This document shows, piece by piece, positions 56,162 to 64,000 of a stretch of 64,000 bases of DNA; positions within the stretch are counted from its first letter, which is position 1, and each line of letters opens with the position of its first letter. The position numbers were made by a program, and so were the translations under genes. The DNA is from Planctomycetota bacterium. Lineage in GTDB: Bacteria > Planctomycetota > UBA8108 > SXIK01. The stretch is from assembly GCA_965223265.1 (NCBI GenBank), contig OZ244999.1:1728001-1792000 (forward strand), in the 5' to 3' direction. The notes beneath the pieces are model-generated. The model was not told where the DNA came from and did no database searches. It saw only the letters and a list, made by a program, of their open reading frames with translations.

Positions 56162-57015
56162 AACAGTCGCAGGACGGTGATCCAAGAGGCTCCGAAGACA
56201 CCGGCGCACAGGTCCGGGAGAAGTCGATCTCCGCAATGCTTCGCGTCAAGGACGAAGGGCAGTTCCTCTATGCCGCGGTGCGCTCGGTGATCGATTGCGT
56301 CGACGAAGTCGTCTTGGTTGACAATATGAGCACCGACGAGACTCCACGGACCATAGAGCGGTTGGGTTCTGAGTTCCCAGGAAGAATTCGAAGCTACGCG
56401 TATCCATTCGAAATCCGGCGTGTCGGGCGAGAGCATTCTGAGCTCGCCACATCGACGGAAGGCACCAGCTCGCCACACCTCTCTTCAAATTACTACAATT
56501 GGTGCCTCGCGCGATGCTCGTGCGATTACACCTTGAAATGGGACGGCGACATGATCGCGCTGCCGACATTTCACGATGCCCTTGCGGCATGGCGTAAATC
56601 ACAGGACGAGGTGATGGTCGTGCACGGCGCGAACGTTCATCGAAATTTAAAAAACCTCATGCAGGCAAAGTCCGCTGAACGACAACCGTTTCTCGAGGCG
56701 TCGGACACTTCGAGCTTTCCTCTCTGGGCGCTCTCCCTCACCTATGACTACCCAGAACCGAGACTTTTTCCGCGGCGTGTTGCATCGTATGACTCGCACC
56801 TTGGTTGGACACAATGTCTCGACATACCCAAGGCTGTTGAACGCCTCGCTCACCGCGTCGAGAGTCCTTGCTTCTTACACATGAAGTTCTGCAAACGCGA
56901 TCCGTTTAGCAACTACACCAAGGAACTGGCCGCTGCGATCGCGGCCAATATCGATGTCGGTCCGCCTCTGCCAGAGGGGTGGAGGCAGATACTCGAGGAA
57001 TGGGGCATCGCCTGA
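56158..57015 (+). CDS. GT-A glycosyltransferase (GT2/CgtA-like)
   Basis: ISAMLRVKDE, VVLVDNMSTDET, YYNWCL, KWDGD. GTGA overlap with the kinase gene (translational coupling). Confidence 0.8.
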   Translation: MKQSQDGDPRGSEDTGAQVREKSISAMLRVKDEGQFLYAAVRSVIDCVDEVVLVDNMSTDETPRTIERLGSEFPGRIRSYAYPFEIRRVGREHSELATSTEGTSSPHLSSNYYNWCLARCSCDYTLKWDGDMIALPTFHDALAAWRKSQDEVMVVHGANVHRNLKNLMQAKSAERQPFLEASDTSSFPLWALSLTYDYPEPRLFPRRVASYDSHLGWTQCLDIPKAVERLAHRVESPCFLHMKFCKRDPFSNYTKELAAAIAANIDVGPPLPEGWRQILEEWGIA

Positions 57016-57041
57016 ACGCCTGCGATGAAGAGTGTTGGCGG

Positions 57042-59000
57042 CTATTTCGTGAAAGTGCCCCGGATCACGTCCCAGAGACGAGAGATGCTTCGCTCCATGG
57101 AATAGTTCTCCGAGACGTGTTCTCGTCCTCTCTTTCCCATCTGCTGCGCGAGCTGGGGATCTTTGATGAGCTTTGCCATGTGATTCGCCATGGAGCCGAC
57201 GTCTCTTTCGTCGACAAGGAATCCCGATTCTCCGTCAAGGACAGCTTCTTTGATGCCTGCGTGCCGGGTGGCGACGACTGGCACAGCACAGGCGCCTGCC
57301 TCAAGCACCGATACCGGAGTCCCCTCAGAGTTGCCGTCGAGCGCTGTAATCGAATGCTGCACAAACAGTCTCGCACCGCGAAGTGCGGTGATGATCTCTG
57401 GGTGTGCGGCTCGGCCACAGATCGTGACTTTGTCGGACACGTCGAGATGTTCGGCGAGCCTCACGAACGTCTCCATGATCGGGCCGTCGCCGAACATCGT
57501 CAGCGTCGCCTCGGGGCACGACTCGAGAAGGCGATGGAACGCGAGGAGCGTGAGGTAGGGCGCTTTCTTGTCCACGAAGCGGCCGATCGCGACGCAGCGA
57601 GCTGGATTCTCCGCGGGATTCGTGGCGCGGAATTGCGAGATATCAACACCGCACGAATTGACATGAACTTTCTCAGCTGGCGCTCCAAGACGGATGAGCT
57701 GCTCGCGCATCTCACTTGATACTGCTATGAACGCTGCCGCGGTTCGAAACAGATCCGCGTACTCTTCTCTGTGTGTCTCGAGGGTTGCGGCTGCGTACGC
57801 GTCGTAACCGTGGAAGTGTACGATCAGTGGAACATCTTCGGCGCAGCAGGCGTCTGCGACCGTGACAGCTACCGTTCCGAATTCCGCCAAAACGGCTTCG
57901 ACCTGTTCTCGTTTGAGGTAGCGGCGGAGCGCCCGAGTGCCGAACGCGCTTCGCCAGGCGAATTCCAGTGCTAAGGCGCGCCCGGCACGTTCGGCCATCG
58001 TGAGCAAGGGCAAACCCGTTTCCTCGGAGAGTCCATTGCGGCAGTTGACGACCTTGACTCGTGCGGGGAGCTCTTCGATGTGAGCGAGTACGAATGTTTG
58101 CGTATACTCAAACGGCACCGCTCTCGCCACGCAAATGACTGGTCGTCTCGTCGGTTCCGGCTGCGGATCGTCGAGCGATCGGGCTGTCGCGGTCTCGGGC
58201 TTTCGCGGAAGGTGGTGCTCCCACACAGACTGCTGGAGTCGCTTGAGTTGCTTGGCCCTCCCAGCCGTGATGAGATCGAACGCGCCCAGGCCCGCCAGCC
58301 AAGGTGGAGCCGAACCTGACATGAGGCGCGCACGGTAGGAAGTCGACAAACTGATTTCGTCGAGATTGTACGCCCATTTATCGCGCACAACGTGGTTGAT
58401 CTGGGCGTCGATCGGAGACCGACAATCGTCTGGGACCCAGAGCATGAGGACCCGGTCGGGGTGTTGTTGTGCGAACTCGTGAATTCGGTCTCCGTACAAT
58501 CGCCAGCGCTTGAAAGCTCCGTGCGCTCGCTGCAGCGGAGTCCAATTTGAAGTCTTGATCTTGACGCGTCGGAGAATCGACCACGCGACGGTGGCTGGGT
58601 CGCGCAGGACGAAAACCCAACGGGCATTAGGAAAGAGACGACTCCACGCCCGCAGGCGAAGGACGAGCCCCGGGTCTCTCAGACCCCAAGCGTTCTGCTC
58701 CCGTGACTTTTTCTGCAGAAGCTCAAGCAACTGACGTTCTTCGTCCGGGCTGAACTCGACATCTTCCGGCACTCGCGCGTGCAGCCACGTGTGTGCGTCT
58801 GAGATTCCGGTCCCCTTCTGAAGCCACTGGCTGACGTCCCTGTCCACAAATTGACCGCCGACTTCGTTGTGCCCGATCGGAGCCAAGTTGTCGCCGAAGC
58901 GCAGTCCAGCGTCGGAGAAAGCACGGGCCACGACAGACACGCCCGAGGCAGGCATGCCGGCAATGAGAAGTGGAGAGGCGTGCTCAACAGTCCGATTCAA
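57042..59000 (-). CDS. Sulfotransferase-like domain fused to a GT4 (WcaL-like) glycosyltransferase
   Basis: N-terminal half: LLIAGMPASGVS, WGLRDP, FVLRDP..VAWS. C-terminal half: HFHGYD, IGRFVDKKAP, EGTPVSVLEA, VVATRHAGIKE. Confidence 0.82.
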   Translation of the reverse strand: MNRTVEHASPLLIAGMPASGVSVVARAFSDAGLRFGDNLAPIGHNEVGGQFVDRDVSQWLQKGTGISDAHTWLHARVPEDVEFSPDEERQLLELLQKKSREQNAWGLRDPGLVLRLRAWSRLFPNARWVFVLRDPATVAWSILRRVKIKTSNWTPLQRAHGAFKRWRLYGDRIHEFAQQHPDRVLMLWVPDDCRSPIDAQINHVVRDKWAYNLDEISLSTSYRARLMSGSAPPWLAGLGAFDLITAGRAKQLKRLQQSVWEHHLPRKPETATARSLDDPQPEPTRRPVICVARAVPFEYTQTFVLAHIEELPARVKVVNCRNGLSEETGLPLLTMAERAGRALALEFAWRSAFGTRALRRYLKREQVEAVLAEFGTVAVTVADACCAEDVPLIVHFHGYDAYAAATLETHREEYADLFRTAAAFIAVSSEMREQLIRLGAPAEKVHVNSCGVDISQFRATNPAENPARCVAIGRFVDKKAPYLTLLAFHRLLESCPEATLTMFGDGPIMETFVRLAEHLDVSDKVTICGRAAHPEIITALRGARLFVQHSITALDGNSEGTPVSVLEAGACAVPVVATRHAGIKEAVLDGESGFLVDERDVGSMANHMAKLIKDPQLAQQMGKRGREHVSENYSMERSISRLWDVIRGTFTK

Positions 59001-59284
59001 GATTTGTCCTCAAAGTGGCTGCAGAAAGGTTCGAGATTATTCCTCAACCTTACAGCTCGATCAAGCATGGTGAAGGAGGTTCGTCGACACTCAGCGGCGC
59101 TTGGCGGACGGTACGTTTGATGTCGACAAACTTCCGGACCGACCGGTAGAGGACTCACGGGAGCGAGTCGACGTTATGTCGCCTGTTGCCACCCTGTTCG
59201 ATTCTCGTTAGGATTCGAGGCCAGTTGGCGGAGAACGAGCGCGCGAGTCGGTTCTGCAGTTCGCTGAGCGCGGTGAGGTGTTTT

Positions 59285-60718
59285 GTGGCTCAGATCACCC
59301 TTTTGGCGATCGCATGCGTGATTGGTATTGCGGTTGCGTATGTGCCGTCCCTTCGTCGACGCGTCGCGGCGTTCTTCGCCGCGAAATCGCATCCGGTCAA
59401 CTTAGCGATCTTTCGCATCGCCTTCTTCTGGCGTTTCTATGAAAAAGTCGACCCGGATCTAACTGAAGTCTACAGCTCGTTCCCTGACGAGCTGAGAGTT
59501 CCGATCGCCGGACTCGGGCCCTTAAACACGCTGCTCCCGCTCTCGACTGAGCTGGCGACCGTGAGTTGCTTCCTGTTGCAGGTGGCGTGCGTGTTTGCTG
59601 CGGTCGGTTTCTTCTCGCGCGCCTCTGCGTTGGTTGCGACCGTCGTTGGATTCTACGTTTTGGGGGTGCCGCAGCTCTTTGGCAAAGTCAATCACGTCCA
59701 CTACTACGTGTGGTTTGCGGCCATCCTGGCTGCGAGCCGCTCGGGTGACGCGCTGTCGGTCGACGCGATTTTGTCACGCTGGCGACATCCGGAGCGATTT
59801 CCCCTTCGTGAATCAACGATCTATGGCCTGCCGATTCGTGTGGTGTGGTTGTTGATTGGGATCATCTACTTCTTTCCGGGATTCTGGAAGCTGTGGTCCG
59901 GCGGGTTGGAATGGGCGTTCTCCGAGAATCTTAAGTGGATGCTCTGGCGCAAGTGGATCGATGGGCTCGGCTGGCCTCCGCCGTTTCGGATCGACAACTA
60001 CCCTCTTCTCTACCAAGGCGCTGCTGCGGCGGTCATCGTCTTTGAACTCGCCTTTGTGTTCTTGCTCTTCTTTCCGCGTTTGCGCTTGATCGCGGTGGCT
60101 GGCGGGTTGGTTTTTCATCACATGACGCGCGTCTTGATGGCTATCTATTTCAAAACGCTTGTCTACTGTTACGTCGTATTCATTGATTGGTACGGCATCT
60201 ATTCATGGCTTCGACGACGTTTGTCGCGTCGGCAAGAACCTGCTTTTGCAGAGGACTCGCATTCGCCACCGTGCTCTCGGCTCCTCGTGATGGTGGCTTC
60301 TTTTTTCGTCTTCGGGAATATGTTGTTCGGCGCACTCCACCTGGCGCGCGCTTGGCCCCTCGCCTGCTTCCCGACGTTTTCCGCCCTGGCATCGCCGTCG
60401 CGTACGAGCCTCAGGGTCAAGCTGGACTTCGGTAGCGGTGAAACCGAGTTGCTGGCGAACCGCCAGTTCGGTCAGCATCTACCTATCGAACGATTCACTG
60501 TCCAGGTGCGCTACATCCTCACTCGGCCGGATGCTATGGAACGCGATCGGCTGCTCGAAGCGCTTTGGTCGGTTCTGCGCGAACGCGACCCGCGCTACTT
60601 TCGTGCTTCACGCATTGAGTTCTACGAAGTGGTCGAAACGACCTCTCCGGAGAGATGGGAAGAGAACCCATTGAGCGAGAAGCTCATTATGGAGGTTGAA
60701 TCGCCTCCACCTCCGTGA
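59285..60718 (+). CDS. HTTM-domain integral membrane protein (vitamin-K-dependent carboxylase-like membrane fold)
   Basis: LAIFRIAF, GKVNH, ALSVDA, IYFFPGFWKL, FELAF...FH, WPLACFPTFS. Multiple TMs. GTG 59285 follows GAGGTG (ORF extends to 59186). Confidence 0.7.
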   Translation: MAQITLLAIACVIGIAVAYVPSLRRRVAAFFAAKSHPVNLAIFRIAFFWRFYEKVDPDLTEVYSSFPDELRVPIAGLGPLNTLLPLSTELATVSCFLLQVACVFAAVGFFSRASALVATVVGFYVLGVPQLFGKVNHVHYYVWFAAILAASRSGDALSVDAILSRWRHPERFPLRESTIYGLPIRVVWLLIGIIYFFPGFWKLWSGGLEWAFSENLKWMLWRKWIDGLGWPPPFRIDNYPLLYQGAAAAVIVFELAFVFLLFFPRLRLIAVAGGLVFHHMTRVLMAIYFKTLVYCYVVFIDWYGIYSWLRRRLSRRQEPAFAEDSHSPPCSRLLVMVASFFVFGNMLFGALHLARAWPLACFPTFSALASPSRTSLRVKLDFGSGETELLANRQFGQHLPIERFTVQVRYILTRPDAMERDRLLEALWSVLRERDPRYFRASRIEFYEVVETTSPERWEENPLSEKLIMEVESPPPP

Positions 60719-60744
60719 CGCCGGTTGCCGCGCCCGTGACCTCG

Positions 60745-62262
60745 TTACGCCAGGATTTCCTGAATCGGCGTGCCGAAGTCTTGCTCAAGGCGTTTGTGCT
60801 CCGGGATCTCCATACGTCGAGCGTCGAGGCCGAGTAGACGCATGAGTGTTGCATGTACGTCGGTGACGTAGTGCGCGTCTTCAACCGCATGAAAGCCGAT
60901 TTCATCGGTGGCGCCGTGGACGACTCCCCCCTTGATGCCGGCGCCCGCCATCCAAATGGAAAAGCCGTAAGGGTGATGGTCCCGTCCGTTGCCATGTTGC
61001 GAACCGGGTGTGCGACCGAATTCGGTAGCGAACACGACGATCGTTTCGTTGAAGAGACCACGCGCCTTAAGGTCTTTCAGCAGCCCAGCGATGGGCTGAT
61101 CGACCTGCGCCGCGAGCTTCGTGTGGTTCGCCTTGAGATTGGAGTGTGCGTCCCAGGCTCCGGCGGCGCCGGGACCGTGCATGATCTGGATGAAACGTAC
61201 GCCGCGCTCGACGCACCGCCGCGCCGCGAGCAGTTGCATGCCGAACGGCCGAGTGATGTCGCTATCGAGGCCGTAAAGGCTTCGTGTGGATGCCGGCTCG
61301 CTGTCGAAGTTGATCGCGGCGGGCACCGCAGTTTGCATTCGGAAGGCGAGCTCATACGCCTTGATGCGCGCCGCCAATTCTGCGTCGTTGGGATTTCGCA
61401 ATGCGGTCAGACGATTGAGGCGTCCGACCAAGGAAAACTCCGTTTCTTGCTCCTCGCGTGAGAGATCGAGCTCAGGTCTGGCGTAAGCTAAAGGATTCTC
61501 TGGGTCGACCTTCAAAGTAACAGCATCATACGCCGGACCTAGATAGTGACCGTCGCGAACGTCGAAATAACGCGGTCCCATGTTGATGAACTGCGGCAGG
61601 TTCTCATTCAGCGTGCCGAGGCCGTAATTGATCCAGGCGCCGATCGTCGGCACGCGCGGGTCGAGCATATGGCGGCCCGAGTGAAATTGAATCTGTGCGC
61701 CGTGGTTGTCGTCGGTCGTCCACATCGACCGTACGATCGCAATGTCGTCGACGCAGCTGCCAAGGTACGGAAAGAAGTCGCTCACCTCGATGCCGCTCTG
61801 ACCGTAGCGCCTGAATTCTGTTTGTAGCGGATAGAGTTTGTTCCGCTGCTGCCCGTTGGCGTCGTTGACGACGACGACACGCACTCGCTTGAGAAGCTCG
61901 GGGTTTTGGACAGATTGAAACGGGGTCTCCGAGATCTTCATGCCGGCGTATTTCGTCAGAGCTGGTTTCGGATCGAAGCTCTCCATGTGGCTGACTCCAC
62001 CACGCATGAAAAGCCAGATCACGCTCTTCGCCTTGGGCGCGAAGTGTGGCTCGCCTGTGGGGAGATGTGAGGCGGCCCCAGCGTTCTCGGTGCTGAATGC
62101 ATCGCGCTGCAGCATAGCGTTCAGCGCGACTCCCGCGAAGCCAAGGCTAAAACTCCCGAGAAAACCGCGACGCGAGCAGCCGCACGTCCTCCGCGTCACT
62201 TCCGGTGCGTCAGACTCTGGCGTTGTCGGCTGTTCGCGCTGCATGGATTGACCAAGCCTCAT
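60745..62262 (-). CDS. DUF1501 domain protein
   Basis: [55 protein letters not shown]. Confidence 0.92.
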   Translation of the reverse strand: MRLGQSMQREQPTTPESDAPEVTRRTCGCSRRGFLGSFSLGFAGVALNAMLQRDAFSTENAGAASHLPTGEPHFAPKAKSVIWLFMRGGVSHMESFDPKPALTKYAGMKISETPFQSVQNPELLKRVRVVVVNDANGQQRNKLYPLQTEFRRYGQSGIEVSDFFPYLGSCVDDIAIVRSMWTTDDNHGAQIQFHSGRHMLDPRVPTIGAWINYGLGTLNENLPQFINMGPRYFDVRDGHYLGPAYDAVTLKVDPENPLAYARPELDLSREEQETEFSLVGRLNRLTALRNPNDAELAARIKAYELAFRMQTAVPAAINFDSEPASTRSLYGLDSDITRPFGMQLLAARRCVERGVRFIQIMHGPGAAGAWDAHSNLKANHTKLAAQVDQPIAGLLKDLKARGLFNETIVVFATEFGRTPGSQHGNGRDHHPYGFSIWMAGAGIKGGVVHGATDEIGFHAVEDAHYVTDVHATLMRLLGLDARRMEIPEHKRLEQDFGTPIQEILA

Positions 62263-63998
62263 CGGAGTGTGATGAAATCGTTGTGGTTGATCAGGGCGTG
62301 CACGAGATTCTCCCGGGCTCTCTTCACCGGATGCGGATGCTGACGTTCTGTCAGCCGTGTTCGCATCGTCTCGAGAGTTTCCTGGCAGGCGCGCCTTTCC
62401 TCTGTCGTTGGTGTCACCGCGAGAATGAGCTCGTAGGCGTGCTCGATGAATCGATCATCACGCTCCGCTGCTTCGACATCAAGATCCCCGAGCTCTCCTT
62501 CGATTCTCTTTGCCGTCTCCCGAGCCATCGTCATTGCCAGTCGGCTGTTGACGAGCGCTAGGGCTTGCTGCGGTACGATGCTCTCGCTGCGTCGATAGCA
62601 GCGGAGAATGTCCGCGTCGTCGAACATGTTTAGGAATTCGTGCTGGTGGTCGCGCGATTGGGTGAAGTAGAGGCTGCGTCGTCGCTTCTTCTCGCTTTCC
62701 GGTCGTCCCGGGTCGATTGTCGGACCACCGAGCTCGGTCTCGAGAACGCCGGCCAGCAGCAGCAGACTGTCGCGAACGACCTGCGATTCCATGCGCAGCG
62801 GTCGGCGACGCCAATAGTAGGTGTTCGTCGGATCGCGATCGTGTGTGGTGGGGTCTGCCTTCAGCGTCGATGAGCTGAGCGCGTACGTCCTTGACGTCAC
62901 AATCAAGTGATGCAGGTGCTTCATGCTCCAGCCGCTACCGATGAATTCGACCGCCAACCAGTCGAGAAGCGGTTGTAGCGGGGGGCGTTGTGCTCGCCGT
63001 CCGAAATCAGTGACCGACTCAACGAGCGGTTCGCCGAAATGTCGCATCCAGATGTGGTTGACGGCGACCCTTGCTGTGAGCGGGTTTTCGGCGTCCACAA
63101 TCCAATGTGCTAACGCGGACCGGCGGCCGGTGCTCGTTTCCGGGTAGGGTTGATACCGTGATTCTTCGCTTTCGTCGGGTCCTTCCAGCGCTTTGCGGGA
63201 AGCGCGTAGCGACGTGTATCGGCTGTCGTCCGCGTCGGTCATCGCTTGGCGAGACTTCTGGAGGTTCTTCCGTGCCGTCTCGAGTTTCTTGCTCGCGCCG
63301 GCTTTTTCTTTCTGGGTCGCGCGTGCCAGTCGCCTTTCTGCATGCACGACGTCGGCTTCACTCTTTGCCAGATCGTAGGCTCGCGAGGCTTGCGCGGCAA
63401 CGGCGATCAATTGCTTCGCGTTTGTCGGCGTCGCTTGCGAGTGGCGGACCATGTCTGCGGCGTGAGCGGTTCGCAGGGCTTCGAAATGCAGTTCGGCGGC
63501 CGCCAACGTTGCCTTGGCGACGCGCACGTCCAACTCAAGAGAGTCTACGTCGGTTGCCTCGGTGGAGTTCGTCGACCTCGGGGTTGCTCTCTCGCTCTTG
63601 CCCTGCGAGGCATTAGCCTTTTTCGAGGGCGCAGCCGCGATCGAGACTTCGGCCCGCTTCAGCTCGTCGCGTGCGTTCGCGACTGCGCGCGTCGCTGCGT
63701 CGAGATGATTCGCGATCACATGCTGACGGAGCTCCGGACGATGGACGTCGAGGCTCAGAGAGATTGGCGCGATGTCGAGCGGGTTTGGCGTCAAAAATTC
63801 CGGTGTGCCTGGCTCGATCGCGCGACTCTTGTCCTGCTCCTTGGCATCACCGCGGACATGAAGATACGTTGGAGCTTGTGGGTGTGCATCGAAGACTCTT
63901 GGCAGTCCGTCCTTCTCGAGGTCGATCTCGCCGGGCAGTGGATCGAGTCGAACTTGGTGCGGCTCGAAGATTGCGCGCATGCGGTAATAATCGAGTTG
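62259..63998 (-). CDS. DUF1549/DUF1553 (PSD1) planctomycete protein, 5' truncated by the window edge
   Basis: [21 protein letters not shown]...[47 protein letters not shown] overlap with the DUF1501 gene. Confidence 0.9.
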   Translation of the reverse strand, partial: QLDYYRMRAIFEPHQVRLDPLPGEIDLEKDGLPRVFDAHPQAPTYLHVRGDAKEQDKSRAIEPGTPEFLTPNPLDIAPISLSLDVHRPELRQHVIANHLDAATRAVANARDELKRAEVSIAAAPSKKANASQGKSERATPRSTNSTEATDVDSLELDVRVAKATLAAAELHFEALRTAHAADMVRHSQATPTNAKQLIAVAAQASRAYDLAKSEADVVHAERRLARATQKEKAGASKKLETARKNLQKSRQAMTDADDSRYTSLRASRKALEGPDESEESRYQPYPETSTGRRSALAHWIVDAENPLTARVAVNHIWMRHFGEPLVESVTDFGRRAQRPPLQPLLDWLAVEFIGSGWSMKHLHHLIVTSRTYALSSSTLKADPTTHDRDPTNTYYWRRRPLRMESQVVRDSLLLLAGVLETELGGPTIDPGRPESEKKRRRSLYFTQSRDHQHEFLNMFDDADILRCYRRSESIVPQQALALVNSRLAMTMARETAKRIEGELGDLDVEAAERDDRFIEHAYELILAVTPTTEERRACQETLETMRTRLTERQHPHPVKRARENLVHALINHNDFITLR

Positions 63999-64000
63999 CG

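Noticed and set aside
47091-60718. Horizontally acquired island (seems slightly less GC-rich)
   Set aside because: This is an impression only. I cannot compute GC or codon statistics, and no integrase, tRNA or flanking direct repeats are visible.

Overview
GC-rich bacterial DNA, most likely Planctomycetota/PVC (inferred from two DUF1501 genes, a DUF1592/DUF1552 pair, a DUF1549/DUF1553 gene and many Tat-exported enzymes). It holds about 38 plausible CDSs. I saw no rRNA, tRNA, CRISPR array or transposase. The left two-thirds is a patchwork of secreted or periplasmic functions: a giant sugar-dehydrogenase/diheme/PA14/MBG-repeat surface protein with a recent 891-bp internal duplication, a CotH kinase, a sialidase-like protein, an octaheme cytochrome, a TonB receptor with TonB, and a two-component system. 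It also has an IlvC homologue whose catalytic residues are altered. The most striking region is 47.1-60.7 kb, a Wzm/Wzt surface-glycan locus. Its Wzt ATPase is fused to an HPr-kinase-like domain, and the locus also encodes a second paralogous HprK-like kinase, an NTP_transf_5-type nucleotidyltransferase, an AsnB amidotransferase, a sulfotransferase-like/GT4 fusion, two GT-A glycosyltransferases and an HTTM protein. This is the tailoring kit known from phosphorylated lasso peptides, here apparently wired to polysaccharide export. Non-coding DNA carries a dispersed repeat family (conserved ~45-bp core plus hexamer microsatellite arms, nested at 33.0-33.6 kb) and a 174-bp TA-flanked palindromic element. 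All family calls come from motif recognition by eye, not from database searches.
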